A model generated the notes under the pieces. The model saw nothing but the letters and a program-made list of their open reading frames with translations. It made no database searches and was not told where the DNA came from. Shown here piece after piece: positions 18,258-25,823 of a stretch of DNA of 64,000 nt (position 1 is its first letter; every line of letters starts with the position of its first letter). The stretch lies in contig CAZUKY010000001.1 of the NCBI GenBank assembly GCA_964621085.1, forward strand, positions 167,226 to 231,225, given 5' to 3'. This DNA comes from an uncultured Gammaproteobacteria bacterium. GTDB taxonomy: Bacteria; Patescibacteriota; Patescibacteriia; JACQRZ01. A program made the translations under genes and the position numbers.

Positions 18258-18950
18258 TTATTTTTTTATCCGCATGTCAAACTCCTTTGCGAGATTCGTG
18301 AGCGGCTTCGCCGCAGCGGCAAATAAATCGGATTTTGAAAAGTATTCGATTGTTCCTATCTTTGTCATAACGTCGTACTCGCCAAGTGCGGAGTCCAAAA
18401 AAATAAATCCCGCCTGGCCGAACAATTCGTACGCATCGTCGGTATAACCATCAAAGTAGAGCTTTACTCCAACCTTCTCCCCTTCATCGTGAAGGGTATA
18501 ATGAATCGATTCTGCGCTGAGCGCAAGATCGCCGAAACGTAGTTCTAGGTCAGCAAGGTCGTCTTTTCGCTGCTTGAATTTCTTGATATCCCATCGCTCC
18601 AAAGGCGGACGAACGTCGTAGAGCTTCTCAACGACTGAAATCGCATCTGAAATACCGCTTGGCGAAATGACAAATTCACGCTTCCCATTCACGACCGGTC
18701 CGAACTCAAAAGAGAGGTTCGAGTGAATTTTTCTCAAATGATCATCAAGTCCCTCGAGAGCAGCCTCGGGATAGTTCTCAATATCAAACAAGGCGTCTTC
18801 ATTCTCAAGAAAGAAGCTCCAAAATTTTTCATATTGATTCGGCCGTTGAAGAAATGAAAACATATTTGTTTGAATCGTCGAGTAAAAAATTAAGACGGTG
18901 GCAGTGATAGCGGCAGCGACAAGAGCGATTGTTATCAATACTTGTTTCAT
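18258..18950 (-). CDS. Membrane-anchored hypothetical protein (N-terminal TM helix)
   Basis: TM segment VLITIALVAAAITATVLIF followed by a ~200-aa soluble domain. 4-nt start/stop overlap with the upstream MazG-like gene. Confidence 0.5.
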   Translation of the reverse strand: MKQVLITIALVAAAITATVLIFYSTIQTNMFSFLQRPNQYEKFWSFFLENEDALFDIENYPEAALEGLDDHLRKIHSNLSFEFGPVVNGKREFVISPSGISDAISVVEKLYDVRPPLERWDIKKFKQRKDDLADLELRFGDLALSAESIHYTLHDEGEKVGVKLYFDGYTDDAYELFGQAGFIFLDSALGEYDVMTKIGTIEYFSKSDLFAAAAKPLTNLAKEFDMRIKK

Positions 18951-19315
18951 ACGGCAACCCCCTTATATCCCTCGATCGGATTCGAGTGTACGCCCTTGCT
19001 TTTTTCAATCGGATATTTTGTCCTGTTTTTTTCGAGCTTATCCAAGATCGCCTGATCGAGGTTAATATCTAGTTTATACGCGAGCGTAAGCAGATACATG
19101 AAGATATCTGCGACCTCTTCTTCGACTTTCTTTTTCTTCACGGGATCGGCATGAAGATTCGCAATCTCTTCACTGCTGAGCCAACGATAACACTCTGCCA
19201 ACTCTCCGACCTCGCTCATGAGCGCGACGACAAGATCCTTGGGATTATGGAACTGATCCCAGTCGCGCTCGTAGTTAAACAGGCGTAATGTTTCTTTCAG
19301 TTGCTCAAGATTCAT
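18947..19315 (-). CDS. MazG-like / dCTP-pyrophosphatase-like NTP pyrophosphohydrolase
   Basis: Typical of the MazG-like all-alpha family: ELAECYRWLSSEE ... EEEVADIFMYLLTLAYKLDINLDQAI. Confidence 0.6.
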   Translation of the reverse strand: MNLEQLKETLRLFNYERDWDQFHNPKDLVVALMSEVGELAECYRWLSSEEIANLHADPVKKKKVEEEVADIFMYLLTLAYKLDINLDQAILDKLEKNRTKYPIEKSKGVHSNPIEGYKGVAV

Positions 19316-19364
19316 ATAACTCTACTTTAAACCATTTGCCACGCAGTGCAAGGATGGGTATGAT

Positions 19365-19928
19365 TCAGCGATCTGGAAAAGCGATGTGATTCCATCCCAG
19401 TTGTTCGTTTTCCGATTGAAGTCCTTTCAAGATCGAGTAGCCATGATCATCTGAATTCTGGATCGCATCAAACGTTGGCCCGTCAACAAAATATACCTGA
19501 ACGCCGGCATCGAGCATCGCTTTAAACGCCGATTCGTATTCCGTCTTTCCAGTCGGCCGAACCGGAACGCGACTCGTCCACTCTGTCGCGCTTTTTGACG
19601 CATCGCAGTGGAATGTATCAGAGGGTATCGCATAGATTGCGCCGCCCGCATCCATCGCTTCAAACCGTTCGCGGTCGCTAATAATGATCGTACGTACGCC
19701 ATCATACGTGCTGATCTGGGTCCAGCTATCATTTGTAGGCACGAGGAATCGGGTAGCCCCTGCCTTGTCCGGCGTTGCGAATACGACCGGTCCCTCGTTT
19801 GGATCGCGTACCGTTTCTGCCCGCGGCTCGAACTCCGTGATGTCTTTATTCGACGACGCGTGATACAACACAGCCGGCTTTTCAAGCTCGATTTTTTGAA
19901 AACTCACTTCCGGCAGTTCATTGGTCAT
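19365..19928 (-). CDS. Hypothetical protein (ORF opens at 20063; Met giving a 4-nt overlap with the upstream gene preferred)
   Basis: Continuous ORF, last gene of the minus-strand block containing the PEP-utilizing proteins. No family recognised. Confidence 0.4.
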   Translation of the reverse strand: MTNELPEVSFQKIELEKPAVLYHASSNKDITEFEPRAETVRDPNEGPVVFATPDKAGATRFLVPTNDSWTQISTYDGVRTIIISDRERFEAMDAGGAIYAIPSDTFHCDASKSATEWTSRVPVRPTGKTEYESAFKAMLDAGVQVYFVDGPTFDAIQNSDDHGYSILKGLQSENEQLGWNHIAFPDR

Positions 19929-20917
19929 AGTATGATTTTTCGTGCAATGCCGTTTGCCGCATCGACTTCTATGATATCGCCTTCTCGAAACACGCGTGTC
20001 GCTATTCGAGTGCCGGTAATCGTCGGTATGCCGAGTTCGCGCGCACAGATCGCCGCGTGACACGTGATGCCACCTTCGTCGGTAATGACGGCACCGGCAC
20101 GGGCGAATGCCGGCGCATACGTGGCATTGGTCATGACTGCAACAAGAATGTCTCCCTCGCCCACGCGATCCAGATCTTCCCGATTACGGACAATGCGCAC
20201 AATCCCGCGTGCCGTGCCCGGCTGAGCGCACGCGCCGCGCACCTCCGAAACACTCTCAAGCTGCTCATCGTCTTCCGGATTTCTCAGCCCCTGCTCGGCA
20301 AGATATTCCTGAAAGGACTTCTCAAGCATTATACCTTCGACACGAAGATATCCCTCGAGACGGCTCGACATCCTTTCTGCGGCCTCTGAGACATTCTCAA
20401 GATCGTCCAATGTTAGGACATGCGCAAGTCGCGGATCCAATCCTTCTTCTTGAAGCAGATCGGCAATGCAGTGCTCGATCTCTGCATCGAGCTCGTACAG
20501 GATTCCTTCGGAAAGATTTCGGGCGTGCCAGCTTTCAGGACAAGCCTTTACAAATGCATCGCTCACGACAAATACATAAAACGCCATCGCGCTTCCGATA
20601 AGCGCATGAATCTCGCGCAAATGTTCAAGCGTCACGTGATTTTTCAACTCCTTCAGTCGATGAATCTGTTCGCAAAATACCGTATTCTGTATTTCAAACA
20701 AACGATCATCCTCAATAAGTCGCTTCGTGATCGTCTCTTTAAAATACGCAAAATCGGATGCCCGATGGTAGAAATGCACGCGCGCGCCGTCATAACGGAA
20801 AATGACCGGATACTCCCACCCGAAATATTCTTTGAAATATTGTTTGTACCCCAACTCCCAGGCTGTGACTGAGAACAGGCTCAAATCTCGTTTTACTGTT
20901 GGACGCAAGAGATGCAT
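19925..20917 (-). CDS. PEP-utilizing-enzyme mobile (phosphohistidine swivel) domain protein with an unrelated ~240-aa N-terminal domain (paralog B')
   Basis: C-terminal GTARGIVRIV...ILVAVMTNATYAPAFARAGAVITDEGGITCHAAICARELGIPTITG is the PEP-utilizers His-domain signature with a catalytic His. Confidence 0.65.
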   Translation of the reverse strand: MHLLRPTVKRDLSLFSVTAWELGYKQYFKEYFGWEYPVIFRYDGARVHFYHRASDFAYFKETITKRLIEDDRLFEIQNTVFCEQIHRLKELKNHVTLEHLREIHALIGSAMAFYVFVVSDAFVKACPESWHARNLSEGILYELDAEIEHCIADLLQEEGLDPRLAHVLTLDDLENVSEAAERMSSRLEGYLRVEGIMLEKSFQEYLAEQGLRNPEDDEQLESVSEVRGACAQPGTARGIVRIVRNREDLDRVGEGDILVAVMTNATYAPAFARAGAVITDEGGITCHAAICARELGIPTITGTRIATRVFREGDIIEVDAANGIARKIIL

Positions 20918-21020
20918 AGCGGTAGTATAGTGTCACTTTAAGCTCAAGTTGCTAAAAATGCAAAAACGGAAGGCGCACACGGCACCTCCCGCCCAGTTGG
21001 TATCTGATGACTCTCCACTT

Positions 21021-21590
21021 CTACCGAACGGCTCCGAGCCACGCAACCCGCATGTCAGGAAACTCGACGTCGAACCTCCAGATATCGCCGCAGGCGGAGT
21101 TCCGCCCGTGTTCCTTATTGTGCCTCCGCCAGGCAGCCATCATCTCGTCGTCTGTCGGGTAAAAGTTGTCCGCATCAGCAAGAGCCGCCTCCATGATCAT
21201 ACCGCTCGTGATGGCGACAATCACGGCTCCAGGTTCGCACCTCTGATCCCGGAACCTGCACCACTTGCTGTTGAGCACGTGCCACGGCTCGGCGCGGCCA
21301 TACATCTTCCCTCCTACATAGACCGATGTTGTGGTGAGCTCTTGGACAAAGCTGAACAGCGTACGGGGCGGAAAACCCGCTTGCATCGTTTCGGACATGC
21401 GCCGAGACGTACCAACGAAGACTTTGCTCGGCGTGCCGATGGCTGCCAACCTTTCCGCCAAAACAGGTCCGTGTTCTGCAACCCATATTGCACTCAAGCC
21501 CGGATCCGCCTCTTCCAGTTGGCGAGCATCGTCGACGCTTGGCTCACCATGTCGCACCAAATACAACGTTGCGAGCTTGTTTTTCGTCAC
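21021..21590 (-). CDS. Histidine phosphatase superfamily protein (phosphoglycerate-mutase-like)
   Basis: N-terminal LYLVRHGE catalytic RHG motif. Confidence 0.7.
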   Translation of the reverse strand: MTKNKLATLYLVRHGEPSVDDARQLEEADPGLSAIWVAEHGPVLAERLAAIGTPSKVFVGTSRRMSETMQAGFPPRTLFSFVQELTTTSVYVGGKMYGRAEPWHVLNSKWCRFRDQRCEPGAVIVAITSGMIMEAALADADNFYPTDDEMMAAWRRHNKEHGRNSACGDIWRFDVEFPDMRVAWLGAVR

Positions 21591-21670
21591 TCCCTATCTC
21601 CTCGGACACCACTCTTACAGACGCAAAAATCCTATCCAATGAATAGCTTTTTGTCAATCAACAAGAATGC

Positions 21671-22786
21671 TCATTGCGTGCGTTTTTCGAGAATTCTCAC
21701 CACTCCGCGATCTGCGTCAACTTCGACAATATCGCCGTCGCTGATTACTGACGTTGCGTTTCCGGTTCCGATGATGCATGGCTTCTTTAATTCACGGGCA
21801 ATAATCGCCGGATGGGAGAGGATCCCGCCTGTATCTGTTATGATCGCACCTGCGCGCTTCATCAACGGAACATAGCGCACGTCGGTACTCACGCAAACAA
21901 GAATTGCGCCTTCCGGAAAATCGAGACTGGAAACGGTTTCATCGGTAACGCGACACACCAGCCCCCTTGCAATACCCGAAAATGCGCTCACCCCCTTCAG
22001 TTCAGCGCTGTCTCCGCCTTGTTGAATAAATACATGCGGCGCTGGCGTGGGAATAGAGCGCGGCATCATGCGATTGAAATCAAAAAAATACAGATCATCA
22101 CCGGGAACAACCGCCTCGAAATAGCCCAGCAGATAGTTATTTGAAAACATCGCGTTGACCGCATCGCAAAGCGCATCTTGGCGCACGCTCTCCGCAACAT
22201 GGAGGTGGGCGACCATGCGTTCAACCTGAGCAATTGCCTCCTCATTATGCGCAGACCACTGCCACGTCTGGTAGTCGAAAAAGAACCGATACGCTTCACC
22301 CGTAAGTATGCCCTGTGAAAGCTGGTAGGGCGTCCCCTTGGCTATCTCGCCAAAGAGCGCATCTTCCTTGATGACGAGAAAAATCGACCAGCGAATGTCT
22401 GACTCATCGGGAAACACATGAACGGTATATGAATCCAGATCAATTTCTTGCGCACGGAACCATTGCTCGTAGCATTCCGCAATCGATAGCCCCCTATTGC
22501 GCAGCTTTGGAAGATCCGGCGTGTTGGGAATCAAACGAAAGGCGCAGCGCTCACTGCCATGATCCTGCAAAAGCCTGCGCACTGCATCGCTCTTTTCTTG
22601 CATTTCCCGCGCCGTAAAAACTTTCGGCGCACGAAATGGAACGCCGATAAGTCTGTTCAAGATCGAGAGGCGCTCTGTTTTTTCATTATCTTCCTTGCGA
22701 AATTCGGCAGACTCCTCAAGTTGTCCGATTTCGGCGAACCATTCGGTCATGGATGGGTGGTATGGTTTTGTTTTTGATTGAGACAT
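21671..22786 (-). CDS. PEP-utilizing-enzyme mobile-domain protein with a novel ~270-aa N-terminal (putative substrate-binding) domain (partner B)
   Basis: C-terminal GIARGLVCRV...ILVCVSTDVRYVPLMKRAGAIITDTGGILSHPAIIARELKKPCIIGTG swivel domain. Lies 22 nt downstream of the PPDK_N gene. Confidence 0.65.
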   Translation of the reverse strand: MSQSKTKPYHPSMTEWFAEIGQLEESAEFRKEDNEKTERLSILNRLIGVPFRAPKVFTAREMQEKSDAVRRLLQDHGSERCAFRLIPNTPDLPKLRNRGLSIAECYEQWFRAQEIDLDSYTVHVFPDESDIRWSIFLVIKEDALFGEIAKGTPYQLSQGILTGEAYRFFFDYQTWQWSAHNEEAIAQVERMVAHLHVAESVRQDALCDAVNAMFSNNYLLGYFEAVVPGDDLYFFDFNRMMPRSIPTPAPHVFIQQGGDSAELKGVSAFSGIARGLVCRVTDETVSSLDFPEGAILVCVSTDVRYVPLMKRAGAIITDTGGILSHPAIIARELKKPCIIGTGNATSVISDGDIVEVDADRGVVRILEKRTQ

Positions 22787-22808
22787 ACGAATTCAAAGGA
22801 ATCACATA

Positions 22809-23774
22809 TTACTGCTGTCCCGCAGCTTCCTGCCACGTAAGCGTTGTGATCGGTCTGCTTTGCGTTATAAAGAATTTTTCGTCGGCACATGCCCACTCGA
22901 TATCGCACGGAAAACCGTAATAATTCTCGATCTTCACTATGATGCCTGATAGCTCTAAAATTTTCTCGTCAGACAAAACTTGCTCTTTTTCTTGTTCCCT
23001 CGAAAGCGCGCGCCACTCGTTTCCGCCGCGTGCGGCACGATACAGTCCCTTCACGTGCTTCTGAACAGCTTTATCAAAAATGCCGCGCGGTTGTTTTTCG
23101 ACAACATACGTATCGGGCGTCACCTGTCCCGAAACGATCGCCTCTCCAAGACCGAAGCCGGCCTCGATGACCATCTGATTGTAATCCTGCGTCACCGGAT
23201 GAACGGTGAACGCGATCCCAGACACCTCGGACTGCACCATCGCTTGGACGACGACAGCAACGGATACCGGCGAGTCATGGAGTCCTTTTTCGAAACGATA
23301 AAAGATAGCCCGCGGCGTGAAGAGCGACGCCCAGCACCGCTTGATGTTGTTGAGAAGATCTTCTTCTGTCGTATTAAGATATGTCTCAAGTTGGCCGGCC
23401 CATGCAGCCGATGCGCTGTCCTCCGTCGTTGCGGAAGATCTTACGGCAACGTACTCGCATGCAAGAGCGTGGAATGCATCCGTAATCTCTCTCGCCAGTG
23501 CTTCTGGTATTTCTCGCGCGATAATTAGCGCTTGAATCCTTTCGGATGCCGCCTCGACCGTATGCATCTTTGCGTGATCTACCGTATGGAGAATGGCATC
23601 GATGTCGACGGAAAGCTGCTCGCGTTCAATGAAAGTATCGAATGCATCCGATAGGATGACATATCCTGGCGGAACCGAGATGCCCGCCCGGGTCATTTCT
23701 CCAAGCGACGCACCCTTTCCCCCGGCACGAGAGACATCATTCTTTGTAATCTCTGAAAACCATTGTACAAACAT
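22809..23774 (-). CDS. Stand-alone PEP-synthase / pyruvate-phosphate-dikinase N-terminal ATP-grasp nucleotide-binding domain protein (PPDK_N)
   Basis: Diagnostic of the PPDK_N family: GGKGASLGEM, VAVRSSATTEDSASAAWAGQ and VQAMVQSEVSGIAFTVHP. No His or TIM-barrel domain in this polypeptide. Confidence 0.75.
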   Translation of the reverse strand: MFVQWFSEITKNDVSRAGGKGASLGEMTRAGISVPPGYVILSDAFDTFIEREQLSVDIDAILHTVDHAKMHTVEAASERIQALIIAREIPEALAREITDAFHALACEYVAVRSSATTEDSASAAWAGQLETYLNTTEEDLLNNIKRCWASLFTPRAIFYRFEKGLHDSPVSVAVVVQAMVQSEVSGIAFTVHPVTQDYNQMVIEAGFGLGEAIVSGQVTPDTYVVEKQPRGIFDKAVQKHVKGLYRAARGGNEWRALSREQEKEQVLSDEKILELSGIIVKIENYYGFPCDIEWACADEKFFITQSRPITTLTWQEAAGQQ

Positions 23775-23798
23775 ACTCCCGCTGCCTGAGACGCCATT

Positions 23799-24326
23799 TT
23801 ATGTGCTCACCCGTTCCTGCTGATACAACCGAACTGCTGCCGCAATCTCCTCTGGAGTGCCGTCGATGCACTCATAGTGCCGCGCCTCATCCTCATTTAC
23901 CCACGCGTACCCATCAAACGCGCCCTCTTCAACCTTTACTTCTCCATCTTTATAGCGTGCTGCCATCTTGATAAGAATCACGGGAATGCCGTCCGGACGC
24001 ACGAAAAATACACTTTTGAGGTATGTGAGGTCTGGGTGGATCGTAACACCAGCCTCTTCGGCTACTTCGCGCATCAGCAGTTCTTCGAGCGCATTATCAA
24101 AATCAAGAATATCGCCATTGATGCGCGAGGGTTTCGACAGATCGAACTGCCCCCACTCAAGCTTTCCGCCAGGAGTTGCATACCTTCCCGGATGCGCCTT
24201 TTCATTCATGCTTCGCTTCAAGATAAGACACCGTCCATCCGACTCGCGATAGATCACAGCGTTGACAACAAAATACATAAGCTTATCGGACTTCGCGTGC
24301 TCCAAGGATATCTTTTCTGCAGGCAT
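23799..24326 (-). CDS. NUDIX hydrolase
   Basis: Nudix box GGKLEWGQ...EELLMREVAEEAGV. Confidence 0.8.
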   Translation of the reverse strand: MPAEKISLEHAKSDKLMYFVVNAVIYRESDGRCLILKRSMNEKAHPGRYATPGGKLEWGQFDLSKPSRINGDILDFDNALEELLMREVAEEAGVTIHPDLTYLKSVFFVRPDGIPVILIKMAARYKDGEVKVEEGAFDGYAWVNEDEARHYECIDGTPEEIAAAVRLYQQERVST

Positions 24327-24390
24327 AGAGTGATTTTTTATGATAGAGAAAGCTTATCAAGCCAACAGGATCGCAGCAAGTCAACACAGA

Positions 24391-24801
24391 CTAGGCCGTC
24401 GGTAACTCATGGCGATAATCTTTGACTTCGTCTTCCATTTCAACAAGAACTGCCGTAACAGGGACGATTTGGTGATGTTTTTCTATTTTAAAATACTTAA
24501 TGGGCTTCCCCATATCAGACGCTATTTTTATCTCGGCGAGCACGCCATTTGAAATAGCTCCAAACACCCACAACTCATCGGCACGCTTTACAAGATTGTT
24601 ATTGCCCTCACGAACCAAGTCCCTGTCGACGGTGTCCAATAAAAAATAATCAAAAATCATGAACGGATTTAACGGCACGCCGTGCTGCTCAATGACGAAC
24701 TTCGACACGAACATACGATAATAGAACAAGTGCTTTGACATTGCCGTATACACCAGGTTTTTATCAGCAGTCAATTGTAATGCTTCGTGGGTAAATGACA
24801 T
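24391..24801 (-). CDS. Hypothetical protein, possibly of the nucleoside 2-deoxyribosyltransferase-like (DUF4406-type) fold
   Basis: Weak motif similarity (ELWVFGAISNGVLAEIKIASDMGKPIKYF). Speculative. Confidence 0.35.
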   Translation of the reverse strand: MSFTHEALQLTADKNLVYTAMSKHLFYYRMFVSKFVIEQHGVPLNPFMIFDYFLLDTVDRDLVREGNNNLVKRADELWVFGAISNGVLAEIKIASDMGKPIKYFKIEKHHQIVPVTAVLVEMEDEVKDYRHELPTA

Positions 24802-24899
24802 AAATATGATATTTAACTCTTATCACGAAGAGTCCCCATTAACGGGAGTCTCTCTTTATGGTAGCTTACAGAAATACTGAAAAACATCAAAAGTCCGCT

Positions 24900-25823
24900 A
24901 TGAATCCCCGCATTATTTTTATGGGAACGCCCCTTTATGCGGTCCCTTTTCTTGAGGGATTGGTTGCAGCCGGGATGAAGCCGGTCGCTGTCGTGTCGCA
25001 ACCGGATAAGCCCGTCGGACGGAAGCAGGTTTTCGAACCCACTGCCGTCAAGGCGGCTGCCGAGAAACACAGTATCCCCATTCTGCAGCCGCAAAAAATC
25101 CGCGATGAGGAATGGGTTGAAAAAATTCGCGAGCTTGCGCCGGATCTGATCGTCGTTGTCGCCTTCGGGCAGATCATTCCGAAGAGCATTTTGGATATTC
25201 CGAGATATGGGTGCGTTAACGTGCATCCCTCGCTCCTTCCCCGCCACAGAGGCGCAGCTCCACTCCAGGAGACGATCCTCTCAGGCGATACCGAGTCTGC
25301 GGTCACGATCATGCTCATGGACGAACAGATGGATCACGGACCTGTCTTGCGTCAGGAGCGATTTGATGTAGACCCGGCAGAAACGTATGACTCACTGCGC
25401 AAGAAAACAACACGGATCGGCGTGTCGCTTCTCATCGTGACGCTGCATGACCTGCTTGCCGGCGCAATCGAGCCGCAGGAACAGGATCACGCTAAGGCAA
25501 CATATACCCGACTCCTCACCCGCGACGCCGGAAAGATCGACTGGTCCGAAGACGCGCTAACGATCGAACGCAAAGTGCGCGCGCTCAATCCCTGGCCGGG
25601 CGTCTGGACAGAATGGAATGGCAAGCGTTTAAAAATCCTCCGCGCACGGCTTTTCTCGCTCGAACCACTTCCCCACACATCAGTGTTTGAAATCCTCACC
25701 CCGCATACGGATCCTGTCCTGGTTGCGCACTGCAATCCGGGCGCATTGATTATCGATGAAATCCAGCCCGAAGGAAAAACGCCAATGGACGGACTCTCAT
25801 TCGCTCGCGGGTATCTGCACTAA
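24900..25823 (+). CDS. fmt: Methionyl-tRNA formyltransferase (ORF opens at 24858; MNPRIIFMGTP start preferred)
   Basis: Formyltransferase N-domain IIFMGTPLYAVPFL...VVSQPDKPVGR, motif NVHPSLLPRHRGAAP, and a C-terminal Fmt domain. Confidence 0.9.
   Translation: MNPRIIFMGTPLYAVPFLEGLVAAGMKPVAVVSQPDKPVGRKQVFEPTAVKAAAEKHSIPILQPQKIRDEEWVEKIRELAPDLIVVVAFGQIIPKSILDIPRYGCVNVHPSLLPRHRGAAPLQETILSGDTESAVTIMLMDEQMDHGPVLRQERFDVDPAETYDSLRKKTTRIGVSLLIVTLHDLLAGAIEPQEQDHAKATYTRLLTRDAGKIDWSEDALTIERKVRALNPWPGVWTEWNGKRLKILRARLFSLEPLPHTSVFEILTPHTDPVLVAHCNPGALIIDEIQPEGKTPMDGLSFARGYLH

Noticed and set aside
20949-21875. 308-aa plus-strand ORF
   Set aside because: It is antisense to the histidine-phosphatase and swivel-domain genes, with no recognisable domains.
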